This document shows, piece by piece, positions 1 through 9,718 of a stretch of DNA of 64,000 bases. Both the position numbers and the translations under genes were made by a program. This DNA is from Candidatus Eiseniibacteriota bacterium. Lineage in GTDB: Bacteria; Eisenbacteria; RBG-16-71-46. Numbering within the stretch: position 1 is the stretch's first letter; every line of letters begins with the position of its first letter. The notes under the pieces were generated by a model. It was not told where the DNA came from and made no database searches. It saw only the letters and a program-made list of their open reading frames with translations. The DNA lies in contig JANMQY010000063.1 of NCBI GenBank assembly GCA_031370785.1, forward strand, positions 1 through 64,000, read 5' to 3'.

Positions 1-55
1 CGACCCGGCATTGAGTCTAAGGGCGCGATGAACGCGCGGAATTGTCAGAATCGCA

Positions 56-1252
56 ATGTCTGTAGGAACGAATATTTCGGAGGAAGTGCATGAGGCGGGC
101 AAAGAGCTTTGCGCCGCGACGCAGGAGACGATTGCCGGAATCCGCGTGGTCAAGGCTTTCGGCATGGAGGCGGCCGAGCGTGCGCGCTTCGACCGCGCGA
201 ACCAGGGCTACTTCCGGGCGTTCGTGCACCTGCGCCGCATCTCGGCCGCGGCGCGCCCGGTGAGCGAATACGCTGTGGTGATGCTGGCGGTCGGGCTGCT
301 GTGGTTCGTGGGGCGCGAGATCTTCGTGCACCATACCCTTCAGCCGCACACCTTCCTGATGTTCATCACCGCATTGCTCACCACCATCTCGCCGATCAAG
401 ACGCTGGCCGAGGTCAACACCAACATGCAGCAGGGCATCGCGGCGGCGACCCGCGTGTTCGGCACGCTCGACACCCCGCCCGCGATCGTCGATCGGCCGG
501 GTGCGATCGCGTTCCCGCCGCTTCGGGAGGCGATCCGCTTCGACTCGGTCTCGTTCAACTACGACCCGCTGGTGCCGGTGCTGCATGAGGTCTCCTTCGA
601 GGTACGCCGCGGCGAGGTGGTCGCACTGGTCGGCGCGAGCGGAGCCGGAAAGAGCACCGCGATGGACCTGGTCGCGCGGTTCTACGATCCGACCGGCGGA
701 GCGATCCGCTTCGATGGCGTGGACCTGCGCGAGGGAACCGTCGCATCGCTGCGCAGCCAGCTCGGGATCGTGACCCAGGAGAACATCCTGTTCCACGAAA
801 CGGTGCGCTACAACATCGCCTACGGCGCGGCCGCGGCTTCGGACGAGGCGGTGCGCGAAGCGGCGCGGGCCGCCAACGCGCTCGCGTTCATCGAACGGCT
901 GCCGCGCGGACTCGAAACCGTGATCGGCGAGCGGGGCGCCAAGCTCTCGGGAGGGGAGCGCCAGCGGCTGGCGATCGCCCGCGCGCTCCTGCGCAATCCG
1001 AAGATCCTTCTGCTCGACGAGGCGACCTCGGCGCTGGACAGCGAGAGCGAGCGGCTGGTGCAGGATGCGCTCGAGCGCCTGATGCGCGACCGCACCGTGC
1101 TGGTGATCGCGCACCGGCTCTCGACCGTGCAGCATGCGGCCCGCATCGTGGTGCTCGAGCACGGCAGGGTCGCGGCGAGCGGCACGCACGCCGAACTGAT
1201 GGAGCGGGGCGGCCTGTACCGGCGCCTTTACGACCTGCAGTTCGTGGCGTGA
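56..1252 (+). CDS. msbA: Lipid A/LPS flippase-type ABC exporter (MsbA family), 5'-truncated
   Basis: QETIAGIRVVKAF TMD motif, Walker A GASGAGKST, LSGGERQR signature, LLLDEATSALD. Lies next to LPS core genes. Homology seems to begin near nt 120, with an in-frame TGA at 29-31. Confidence 0.8.
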   Translation: MSVGTNISEEVHEAGKELCAATQETIAGIRVVKAFGMEAAERARFDRANQGYFRAFVHLRRISAAARPVSEYAVVMLAVGLLWFVGREIFVHHTLQPHTFLMFITALLTTISPIKTLAEVNTNMQQGIAAATRVFGTLDTPPAIVDRPGAIAFPPLREAIRFDSVSFNYDPLVPVLHEVSFEVRRGEVVALVGASGAGKSTAMDLVARFYDPTGGAIRFDGVDLREGTVASLRSQLGIVTQENILFHETVRYNIAYGAAAASDEAVREAARAANALAFIERLPRGLETVIGERGAKLSGGERQRLAIARALLRNPKILLLDEATSALDSESERLVQDALERLMRDRTVLVIAHRLSTVQHAARIVVLEHGRVAASGTHAELMERGGLYRRLYDLQFVA

Positions 1253-2322
1253 GCGGGATGCGCGCGCCCCGCCAAATCGTTCCGCCGCCCGAAGGCTACT
1301 CGGCGATTGCGGTGATCCGCCTCTCCTCGCTCGGCGACGTGATCCTGACGCTGCCGGTGGTGCACGCCCTGGCCGATGCGTTTCCCTCGGCGCGGCTCAC
1401 CTACTGGACCAAGGAAGAGTATCGCGACGTACTGCGTTTCGACCCGGCGGTCGCGCACGTGCGCGTGCTGGAGCGCGACGCGCGCCGGATCGAGGACGTG
1501 GTCTCGATGAGCGCCGAGCTCGAGGACGCGGACCTGATCGTCGATCTGCACGGGAATTCGCGTTCGCGACTGCTCACCTTCCGGCAGAAGGCTCCGGTGC
1601 TGCGCGCTCCTTCGTTTCGCCTGCTGCGCTCGCGATGGGTGCATGCGCGCTGGACCCACCCGCGGCCGACGCCCTCGGCGCCCGAACGATACGCGCGCGC
1701 GATCGCGCCGCTCGGACTCGTCGCGCCGGGCCCGCCGCGCGTGAACGTGGACCAGGATTCCGAGCGCTGGGCCGGCGAATGGCTCGCGACCTGGGCGCCG
1801 CGCGCCCCGGTCGCCCTCTGCCCCGCGGCACGCCACCCGACCAAGCGCTGGCTCGAGCCCTACTGGATCCAGGTCGTGGATCAGCTCGAGGCCCAGGGGC
1901 GTCCGGTGGTGTGCTTCTCGCTGGAAGCGGAACGGCGCGCGATGCCCGAGCTCTCGCGTCGGATCGAGGCCGGGCGGCTCGCGAGATGGTGCGTCGAGCC
2001 GCTGCCGCGCATGGCCGCGCTGCTGTCGCTCTGCGCCGCGGCGGTGACGTGCGACAGCGGGCTCATGCACCTCGCGGCCGCGCGCGGACTGCGGGTGGTC
2101 GCGCTGTTCGGCTCGACCGCACCCGAGCTGGGCTTCGCGCCCGCGGGGGAGGGCCATGTGGTGCTCTGCCGTCACGAGCCATGTCAGCCGTGTACGCTTC
2201 ACGGTCGCGCCACCTGCCCGAAGAAACACTTCCGCTGCATGGTCGAGCTCAAGCCCGAACAGGTGCTGACGGGGCTCGAGCGCGTCATCGCATCGACGGC
2301 GCCTGCGAGTCTCGAAAGTTGA
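1249..2322 (+). CDS. GT9 family LPS heptosyltransferase
   Basis: IRLSSLGDVILTLP N-terminal motif, DLHG, TKRW, DSGLMHLAAA..VVALFGST and a Cys-rich C-terminus. Confidence 0.88.
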   Translation: MSGMRAPRQIVPPPEGYSAIAVIRLSSLGDVILTLPVVHALADAFPSARLTYWTKEEYRDVLRFDPAVAHVRVLERDARRIEDVVSMSAELEDADLIVDLHGNSRSRLLTFRQKAPVLRAPSFRLLRSRWVHARWTHPRPTPSAPERYARAIAPLGLVAPGPPRVNVDQDSERWAGEWLATWAPRAPVALCPAARHPTKRWLEPYWIQVVDQLEAQGRPVVCFSLEAERRAMPELSRRIEAGRLARWCVEPLPRMAALLSLCAAAVTCDSGLMHLAAARGLRVVALFGSTAPELGFAPAGEGHVVLCRHEPCQPCTLHGRATCPKKHFRCMVELKPEQVLTGLERVIASTAPASLES

Positions 2323-2583
2323 CCGCGGGGCGCGCGGAAGCCTGCGCTTTCACGCGCCCGATCGGATCCGTAGCTCAGTGGGTGGCGGGGCGATCGATGG
2401 GAACGAACGCGCACGGCCGCCGGTTGGTCCCTCGGGCGCGGGAGCCCATCGGATGCGTTTCGAAACCCGCGGCGCAATGCGATCCGGAGTCTACGTCGCG
2501 CGACTGACACGGTCCGGGCACTCGGCGCTGCTGCGCTTCGCGATCCTGCGTTGAAGCCATGAAGGCGCTTCCGGCGCACTTGC

Positions 2584-2612
2584 TTGTTCGCCGCCGGACG
2601 CTTGCCTATACT
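2584..2612 (+). promoter_or_regulatory. Putative sigma70 promoter of proS
   Basis: TTGTTC-17 bp-TATACT, 85 bp upstream of the proS GTG. Confidence 0.5.
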
Positions 2613-2696
2613 CGCGCGCCTCATCCATTTCCCTGAAGCCACGGCGCCCGCGATGACGGCAGCCGATCGGACGCCGTCAACGCCCCGGAGCAGCGC

Positions 2697-4139
2697 GTGA
2701 GCGAAGCCCACGACAAGAAGCAGTTCGTCGAAGACCTGACCGACCAGTCCGACGACTTCGCGCGCTGGTATAACGAAGTCGTGCGCAAGGCGCAGCTCGC
2801 CGACTACGCCCCGGTGCGCGGGTGCATGGTGATCCGCCCGTATGGATATGGGCTGTGGGAGCACATGCAGCGCCTGCTGGATCAGCGGATCAAGGCGACC
2901 GGACATCAGAACGCGTATTTTCCGCTGCTGATCCCGGAGTCGCTGCTGCAGCTCGAGGCGGATCATGTCGAAGGCTTCGCGCCGGAGTGTGCGTGGGTCA
3001 CCGAGGGCGGGCGCGAAAAACTCGAGGAGCGTCTCGCGATCCGGCCCACCAGCGAGGCGGTGATCTGCAAGATGTATTCGCGCTGGATCGAGTCGTACCG
3101 CGACCTGCCGGTGCTCATGAACCAGTGGTGCAACGTCATGCGCTGGGAGAAGGTGACCCGGCTGTTCCTGCGCACCACCGAGTTCCTGTGGCAGGAGGGA
3201 CATACCGCTCACGCCACGGCCGAGGAGTGCCAGGAGGAAGTGCTGCGGATGCTCGAAGTGTACCGCGAGTTCGTCGAGACGGAGCTCGCGATTCCGGTGT
3301 TCGCTGGTCCCAAGAGCGAGTCCGAGCGCTTCGCGGGCGCCGAGATGACCTACTCGATCGAAGCGCTGATGCGCGACGGCAAGGCGCTGCAGGCCGGTAC
3401 CTCGCACAACCTCGGGCAACACTTCGCGAAAGTGTTCGACATCACGTTTCAGGACGAGCAGGGCAAGCGCCAGTTCGTCCATCAGACTTCGTGGGGCGTT
3501 TCCACGCGGCTGATCGGCGCGCTGATCATGACTCACGGCGACGATCAGGGCCTCAAGCTGCCGCCGCGCGTGGCTCCGGTGCAGGCGGTGGTGGTGCCGA
3601 TCTGGCGCAAGGCCGAGGACCGCACCGCGGTCACCGAGTTCGTGGACAAGGTAAAGAGCGCGCTCGGCGATCGGGTCCGACTGCTGGTCGACGATCGCGA
3701 TCAGTACACGCCCGGCTGGAAGTACAACGAGCACGAGCTTCGCGGGGTGCCGGTGCGGCTCGAAGTGGGCCCAAGGGATGTGACCAACGCCGCAGTGATG
3801 AGCGTCCGCCGGGACACCCGCGCCAAGGAATCGATTCCGCTGGCCGCGCTCGCCGACCGCCTGCCCGCGCTACTCGAAGAGATCCAGCGCGCGTTGTTCG
3901 ACGCCGCGAAGGCGTTTCGCGAGGCGAATACTACTCCGGTCCGTAACCTGGCCGACATCGAGGCGCACTTCGCCAGCAAGCGGGGATTCGTCGCGCTTCC
4001 GTGGGACGACGACGCCGCGCTCGAAGCCCGCATCAAGGAAACCACCGGCGCGACCCTGCGCTGCGTGCCTCTCGATCAGGCGCCGTTCGCGGCACATGGT
4101 GGTGGTCGCCGCGTCGCGCTGTTCGCGCGCGCCTACTGA
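2697..4139 (+). CDS. proS: Proline--tRNA ligase (archaeal/eukaryote-like type, no editing domain)
   Basis: VRGCMVIRPYG, RPTSE, FLRTTEFLWQEGHT, QAGTSHNLGQ, SWGVSTR and C-terminal FARAY. Confidence 0.96.
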   Translation: MSEAHDKKQFVEDLTDQSDDFARWYNEVVRKAQLADYAPVRGCMVIRPYGYGLWEHMQRLLDQRIKATGHQNAYFPLLIPESLLQLEADHVEGFAPECAWVTEGGREKLEERLAIRPTSEAVICKMYSRWIESYRDLPVLMNQWCNVMRWEKVTRLFLRTTEFLWQEGHTAHATAEECQEEVLRMLEVYREFVETELAIPVFAGPKSESERFAGAEMTYSIEALMRDGKALQAGTSHNLGQHFAKVFDITFQDEQGKRQFVHQTSWGVSTRLIGALIMTHGDDQGLKLPPRVAPVQAVVVPIWRKAEDRTAVTEFVDKVKSALGDRVRLLVDDRDQYTPGWKYNEHELRGVPVRLEVGPRDVTNAAVMSVRRDTRAKESIPLAALADRLPALLEEIQRALFDAAKAFREANTTPVRNLADIEAHFASKRGFVALPWDDDAALEARIKETTGATLRCVPLDQAPFAAHGGGRRVALFARAY

Positions 4140-4162
4140 CGAGCCTGGGGTCGCACTTCGAC

Positions 4163-5158
4163 GTGAGTCCGGTCTCTCGCATCCTGATCCGACTTCCGAA
4201 CTGGCTCGGCGATGCGTTGATGGCGCGTCCCATGCTCCACGAACTGGCGCGGCGTTTCCCGGGCGCCGAGCGCGTCGCGGTCGGCCCGAGGTCCCTGCTC
4301 GACCTGCTCGCAATGGATGGCCTGTTCGAGCGCGCCGAAGCGTGGCCGCCGGGCGCCGGCGATTCCGATTCTGAAGCGCGGCGCCGCATGCGCGAGTTTG
4401 CGCCGGATCTGGCTCTGGTGCTGCCTCCATCGTTCTCGAGCGCATGGCTCGCGTGGCGTAGCGGAGCGCGTGAGCGCGTCGGATTTGCGCACGAGGCGCG
4501 CACGGTTCTGCTCACGCGGGCGGTGCGCCGCCCGGCTCGCGGCGAGCAGCATCTTTCCGACGAGTACTGCGCGCTGCTCGAGCCCGAACCCGGCAGTGCT
4601 CCGGTCACGCCCGAGCTGCGATTGACGGCCGAGTCGCTGCGAAGTGCCGACCAGATCGTCCAGGCTCTCGGGGCCGGCGGCACTCGAATCGCGCTGATTG
4701 GGCCAGGAGCGCTGTATGGTCCGGCCAAGCGCTGGCCCGGCGAGCGCTTCGCGGACCTGGCCCGCAGGCTCACGGCACGTGGACTGACCGTGCTGGTGTG
4801 CGGTGCGCCGGCCGAGGCCGAGGCATGCGCCGCGGTGGCGCGCGCCGCCGGTGTGGAATCGCTCGCCACCCGCACCGACCTGCTGACGCAGGCGGGGCTC
4901 TGTGCGCGCGCCGCGCTCGCGGTGTGCAACGATTCGGGCCTTGCGCATCTGGCGGCCGCGGTCGGAACTCCAACGGTCGCGCTGTTCGGATCGACGAGCA
5001 GCGCCTGGAGCGCGCCGCTCGGCTCCAGAGTGCGCATCGTCCAGCATGCGCCAGTGTGCTCGCCGTGCTTCCGCCGCACGTGCCGGATCGGGTACCGGTG
5101 CCTGACCGCGATCGAGGTCGGCGAAGTCGATCGCGCGTGCCGGGAGCTCACGGCGTGA
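4163..5158 (+). CDS. waaF: LPS heptosyltransferase II (GT9)
   Basis: RLPNWLGDALM, PGALYGPAKRWP, NDSGLAHLAAAVG and CSPCFRRTC. GTG start picked at 4163. Confidence 0.85.
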   Translation: MSPVSRILIRLPNWLGDALMARPMLHELARRFPGAERVAVGPRSLLDLLAMDGLFERAEAWPPGAGDSDSEARRRMREFAPDLALVLPPSFSSAWLAWRSGARERVGFAHEARTVLLTRAVRRPARGEQHLSDEYCALLEPEPGSAPVTPELRLTAESLRSADQIVQALGAGGTRIALIGPGALYGPAKRWPGERFADLARRLTARGLTVLVCGAPAEAEACAAVARAAGVESLATRTDLLTQAGLCARAALAVCNDSGLAHLAAAVGTPTVALFGSTSSAWSAPLGSRVRIVQHAPVCSPCFRRTCRIGYRCLTAIEVGEVDRACRELTA

Positions 5159-5168
5159 GCGCGCGCGC

Positions 5169-6260
5169 GTGGCGAGGCGTGTGATGAGACTGCTGGTCGA
5201 CGCGCGCGGGCTGTCGGGCCGGGCCGCGCGACTCGCACCCGCCGCATCAGCGCTCGCCGAAAGGGGCCACGAGACCTGGTGGCTTGCCGGGGAGGCGAGC
5301 GCGCCCGCCGGGACCAAGCTCGCCCCCGGGGGCGCTGCGCTGTCTCGGATCACGGTCGATGTGGTGCTGGGCGGCTCGGCCGCCCCACTGCGCACGGCCT
5401 TTGCCGGCTGGAGGACCCGGGCCCGTGTGATGGTGCTCGCGCTGGATCGTGAGCAGATCGCGCGCTGGGGCGTGCTCGACCGCCTCGCGTGGGACACGCT
5501 CCACTCGGGAGGATTGATCGAGGAGGAGGAGGCGGACGCGATGCGCGCCGAGCCACACGGCCTCGACCGCGACCGGCTTGCGCTCTGGTCCGGGGAACCC
5601 GCGACTTCCATCCCGGATGTGTGCGCGATTGATGTCGAAATCCTCGAGCGCGCGTGCGAACGCGCGCTGGCGCGCCAGCGCAGTCGTTCGACGCGCGCCG
5701 CGGTTTTCGTGGATCGCGACGGCACGCTGGTGGTCGAGCGCGGCTATCTTTCGGATCCGGACGACCTCGAGCTGCTGACGGGCGTGCCGGCGGCGCTGCG
5801 CACGCTGCATGCGGCCGGCTATCCGATCATCGTGATCTCGAACCAGTCGGGAGTGGGGCGTGGGTTGTTTCCGCTGAGCCGGGTCTACGCCGCGATGGCC
5901 CGGCTACGGCGCGAGTTGCGGGCCCACGGAGTGGAGGTGGCCGCGGTGTATTTCTGCCCGCACCGTCCTGAGGAGGGCTGCGCGTGCCGCAAGCCCGGCA
6001 CCGAGCTGCTCGAGCGCGCGGCCGACGATCTTCTTCTCTCGCTCGAGCACTCGACCATGATCGGCGACAAGCTGCTCGACGCCGCGACCGGGAAGAACGC
6101 GGGTGGGCGCGGAGTGCTGCTGAGGACGGGATACGGACGCGATGAGGAGCGTCGCATCGAGAGCGAGCCCGCCGAACTGCGCCCGGACTACGTGGCCGAC
6201 GACCTGGCCGCGGCCGTGGCGTGGGTGGTGGCGAGCGATGAGGCGAGGGGAGCCACCTGA
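5169..6260 (+). CDS. gmhB: D,D-heptose 1,7-bisphosphate phosphatase (HAD-IIIA) with ~170-aa N-terminal extension
   Basis: FVDRDGTL, ISNQSG, CPHRPEEGCACRKP Zn motif and MIGDK. Start may be the ATG at 5184. Confidence 0.85.
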   Translation: MARRVMRLLVDARGLSGRAARLAPAASALAERGHETWWLAGEASAPAGTKLAPGGAALSRITVDVVLGGSAAPLRTAFAGWRTRARVMVLALDREQIARWGVLDRLAWDTLHSGGLIEEEEADAMRAEPHGLDRDRLALWSGEPATSIPDVCAIDVEILERACERALARQRSRSTRAAVFVDRDGTLVVERGYLSDPDDLELLTGVPAALRTLHAAGYPIIVISNQSGVGRGLFPLSRVYAAMARLRRELRAHGVEVAAVYFCPHRPEEGCACRKPGTELLERAADDLLLSLEHSTMIGDKLLDAATGKNAGGRGVLLRTGYGRDEERRIESEPAELRPDYVADDLAAAVAWVVASDEARGAT

Positions 6261-6334
6261 TCCTGCAGAGGTCGAAGCGCCGGGTGGCGCGTCGCCGTCC
6301 GAGGTGCTTCCGTGAGGCCGGGCCGGCGCGGAGA

Positions 6335-7414
6335 TCAGCGTTCGGCGACGACGGACAGGCGGTACTCCTGCCCATCACCCGAGCGCCGATAGCTGACCAG
6401 GTCACCCGGGATGCGGATCTGCGCCGGGCTCAGCCAGCGGTCTTCGACCAGGTCGGTAAGGCGCGCCGGATACGCGCCCCGCTCGCGGCGATACAGGTCG
6501 AGCGCAAAGCGCATGTCGCGCACCTGCGCGGTGACGAACATGTCATCGTCCGGAGCGTTGGCGGTCGCGGGCGGGAGCAGGCGTGAGCTCCAGTGCATGC
6601 CGAACAACGCCGCGATCACGAGCACCGCGAGCGCGAGCTCGCGCACCAGCGAGAGTCCCTGCTTGCGCACCTTCTGGGGCGCGGCGGCCAGAGCCTCCAG
6701 CCCGGGATTCTTCCGCCCGACGAACTCGATCCAGTTGGCCACCAGCATGCGGTGAAGGGCCTCGTAGGTCTCGTACTCGGAGAGCGGGGCCGCCTCGACC
6801 ACTTCGGCCACGGTGTGCTGGCCGTCGATGATCCCGAACATCTCGCGCTCCTCTTCGGAGAGCGGCTCGTTGGGATCGGGCAGATCGCGCACCCCGAGGA
6901 GCTGATAGGGATCCTTGAAGACGGTGACGAAACCCTTCTGCTCGTCGATGCGCCGTGCCGCCTCGATCAGGGCGCCTTCGATGTTGAGGCGCACCAGCGG
7001 GGTGTTGGGCCAGCGCTGATTCGGGTCGAAGCGGTAGTTGCCGTTTTCCCAGCGCGTCATGCGCATCAGGTCGTCGAGGATCTGGCGCTCGACGAAGCCC
7101 GCGAGCTCGTCAGTCTCGAGGTAGCGGCCGTTGAGGAGCAGGTCCTCGAGATCGCGGCTCGATTCGCGCTGGATCGCGAGGATGCCCCGATACTGTTCGT
7201 CGGAAAGCCGTCCCACGCCGATCAGAAACGCGAGCAGAGGATCGTCCTTGGTCATGCCCGGACGGCGGGTCGAGACGATCCGGCCTTCGTTCACGAATAC
7301 GATGGCGCGCTCGGCGTTCCACTCCAGCAACAGGCAGCCGGTCTTCTTCTGGCTGCCCAGCAGCTGAAGAATCTCGGTCGCGGCGAAGTCGCGAAGATTT
7401 CCCTGGAGGGCCAT
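6335..7414 (-). CDS. DUF4388 (PatA-N-like) domain membrane protein
   Basis: Begins MALQGNLRDFAATEILQLLGSQKKTGCL, typical of DUF4388. One TM helix, then a short T2SS-G-like C-terminal motif (ALDLYRRERGAYPARLTDLV). Confidence 0.75.
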   Translation of the reverse strand: MALQGNLRDFAATEILQLLGSQKKTGCLLLEWNAERAIVFVNEGRIVSTRRPGMTKDDPLLAFLIGVGRLSDEQYRGILAIQRESSRDLEDLLLNGRYLETDELAGFVERQILDDLMRMTRWENGNYRFDPNQRWPNTPLVRLNIEGALIEAARRIDEQKGFVTVFKDPYQLLGVRDLPDPNEPLSEEEREMFGIIDGQHTVAEVVEAAPLSEYETYEALHRMLVANWIEFVGRKNPGLEALAAAPQKVRKQGLSLVRELALAVLVIAALFGMHWSSRLLPPATANAPDDDMFVTAQVRDMRFALDLYRRERGAYPARLTDLVEDRWLSPAQIRIPGDLVSYRRSGDGQEYRLSVVAER

Positions 7415-7422
7415 GGGGTTCC

Positions 7423-9372
7423 TTACGCCGCTTCCGCGGCGCGGCGGGTGGCCTGAGCGATCCGCGTGTTGCGAGTCGGTGCCGCGTTGCTGGCGGCCTG
7501 CGCCTTCTCGTGCGCCACCCGGCCGAAGTAACCGAGGATGGAGGTCGCATAGATCAGCAGCCAGAGCCCGATCAGCAGGGGGACCGGCACCTCGGAGTTG
7601 CCGACAGTCAGCCTCGGCTCGAATGCGAATGGTTCGCTCATGCCGAACAGGCGCGCGGCGAGCGCGGCAGTTCCGCTGAGGAGCAGGATCGGGGTGAACA
7701 GACGCTGGAAGCACAGCAGCCCGAATCCCGGAATCAGGGTGGCGAGCGCGGTCCGGCACAGATGCACCGTGCCGTTGACTTTGCGGCTGCGCTGCGCCAG
7801 CAGCACCCGCGCGAAGTCGGGGCTCGCCGCGCGGCTCTCGACCGCGGCGCAATCGGTGCACAGGGCGAGCTCACGGCGGCGCCGGGCGCAGCGCCGGCAC
7901 ACCACGCTGCCACAGTTGCTGCACGTGCGCAGTGGAACCGAGCGTTGCTGCCAGATGCTCAATGCGACAGTCAGGAGCGCGATCACGGCGATCACGCCGC
8001 TGAACAGCAGCCCGGAGCATTCACGCAGTCCACGCCACGCCGGAGGCAGGCTCGGAGAGGATGGCGCCCTGGCGCTGCGCAGGGCACTCCACAGCGTGGT
8101 CGACGCCATCCACTGATCGACCAGCGGGAGGAGCCCGTCGTCGCTGGCGTCGGTCTGATACGACTTCACCATGTCGAAGTTCAGGGCCGAGGCACGCGAC
8201 AGCGCGTCGGTGGCGGCGCGGTACTCGAAGCGCTGGGTGTAGATCTGCGACGCGTTGAACCACGCGGCTGCATTGGAAGGATTGGTGTTGGTCGCCTTGC
8301 GGTAGAGCTCGAGCGCCTCGTCCTGCCGGCTCTTCATCGCCAGGGTGTTGCCGAGGTTGTTCATGACCCGGTCGTTGGTCGGCCACAACTCGAGCGCGCG
8401 CCGGTAGGCACGCTCGGCGGTCGCGAGATCGCCGCCACGGCGCGCGATCCACGCCAGTCCGAAGTGCACGAAGGGATCCGCCGGATGCTGCGAGGCGAGC
8501 GTGGCGAAGCGGTTCTGGCGCTCGGCGCGATACGGCTCGCCTTCGACCAGCCCGACTCCGTAGAGCGGACCGCGATCTTCGCGCAGCGGCGTCGAAAGAC
8601 GGTCCATCGACGAAATCACCCACGGAGCGCCGGCCAGCAGAGTGACCAGCGCCACGAAGATCGCGCGCTCACGCGCACGAAGCGACGGCCACAGCAGGCC
8701 GAGGAACGCGACGGTGGGCAGGGAGATTCCGAAGCCGGTGAAGTACGGAAGCACCACGAAGCTCCACGACCACCAGCGCGCCGTGCCCGGGGTCACGAAG
8801 TGCGAGAGCCCTTCCTGCCAGCGGTGGCGCAACTCGCGGTTGCGGATGCACACGATCAGGAAGCCGGCGGCGAGCAGGCCGATGAACAGCGCCTGCAATG
8901 CGAGGTACAGCAGGTTGGCGACCATCGCCAGCTGGAGCACGAAATTCTGGCGAGCCATTTCGAGCACGGCTGCGTACTGGAGCAGCGCCTGGCTCGGCTC
9001 GCCGAGCAGGAACCACGCGGCGAGCGTCAGGCGCGGAGCGACGAACGAAGGATCGAGGTTGGACGCGCCGCGCACCAGACGGATCGCTTCGTCATGGCTG
9101 CCGGACTGATGCGCCATGAGTCCGCGCCGGAAGAACAGGCGCGCTTCCTGCGGAAGCGCGGCAATGTGGTTGCGCGTCTTGTAGTCGAGCCAGCCCGAGA
9201 GATCGTTGAACATGGTCGGTGCGCCGGGCAGGGCGTCGGGCCTGAGCGTGCGCGCGGGCGTGGCGGATGCAGAGCCGGCGTTCGCGACGACGGAGGGCGT
9301 CGGCTGCGTGGCGGACCGGGCGGGCGTGACGAGGAGGGCGCCGAGGGCAAGCGCGAGCGCCGCGATGGTCAT
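7423..9372 (-). CDS. Multi-TM protein with TPR repeats and a Cys-rich zinc-finger-like segment
   Basis: Signal-like N-terminus MTIAALALALG, TPR motifs (AERAYRRALELWP, NNLGNTL, AWFNAS), CSNCGSVVCRRC...CTDC and several hydrophobic helices. Confidence 0.7.
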   Translation of the reverse strand: MTIAALALALGALLVTPARSATQPTPSVVANAGSASATPARTLRPDALPGAPTMFNDLSGWLDYKTRNHIAALPQEARLFFRRGLMAHQSGSHDEAIRLVRGASNLDPSFVAPRLTLAAWFLLGEPSQALLQYAAVLEMARQNFVLQLAMVANLLYLALQALFIGLLAAGFLIVCIRNRELRHRWQEGLSHFVTPGTARWWSWSFVVLPYFTGFGISLPTVAFLGLLWPSLRARERAIFVALVTLLAGAPWVISSMDRLSTPLREDRGPLYGVGLVEGEPYRAERQNRFATLASQHPADPFVHFGLAWIARRGGDLATAERAYRRALELWPTNDRVMNNLGNTLAMKSRQDEALELYRKATNTNPSNAAAWFNASQIYTQRFEYRAATDALSRASALNFDMVKSYQTDASDDGLLPLVDQWMASTTLWSALRSARAPSSPSLPPAWRGLRECSGLLFSGVIAVIALLTVALSIWQQRSVPLRTCSNCGSVVCRRCARRRRELALCTDCAAVESRAASPDFARVLLAQRSRKVNGTVHLCRTALATLIPGFGLLCFQRLFTPILLLSGTAALAARLFGMSEPFAFEPRLTVGNSEVPVPLLIGLWLLIYATSILGYFGRVAHEKAQAASNAAPTRNTRIAQATRRAAEAA

Positions 9373-9514
9373 CCGTCTGCGCAACGACAGCTCGCGCGCG
9401 TCCCGGCCGACCCGAATACGACTCGGGCGGTCGACGGGCTCGCCGTTGCGGAAACGGCAGGCGCTTCGGTTCGGATGGAATCGTCCCTGTGCCAGTGCCA
9501 TGCGGTGCAATCCC

Positions 9515-9543
9515 TTGACAGTCTCCGAGGGCATCCTTAACGT
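9515..9543 (+). promoter_or_regulatory. Putative sigma70 promoter of asnS
   Basis: TTGACA-17 bp-TAACGT in the divergent intergenic region. Confidence 0.6.
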
Positions 9544-9718
9544 GCTTCGGGTTCGTCGACGTTATCGGCGCTGCGGGTATCGGTCTTGAGCGTGAATGGA
9601 TTACGCGCCCGAATCCAGCGGCCACCGGAAGCCCGCCCGGGTCCGAATCCGGCGCCGGTCGCGATTTTTTGCCGTCCGCGGCCCACAAATCCAGACTGAA
9701 TCGAGGAGCACCCCAGCG

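Noticed and set aside
2364..2450. tRNA-like start GGATCCGTAGCTCAGTGGGT upstream of proS
   Set aside because: No D-stem closure, anticodon arm, TTCGA T-loop at the right distance or matching acceptor stem. No T-box motif either.
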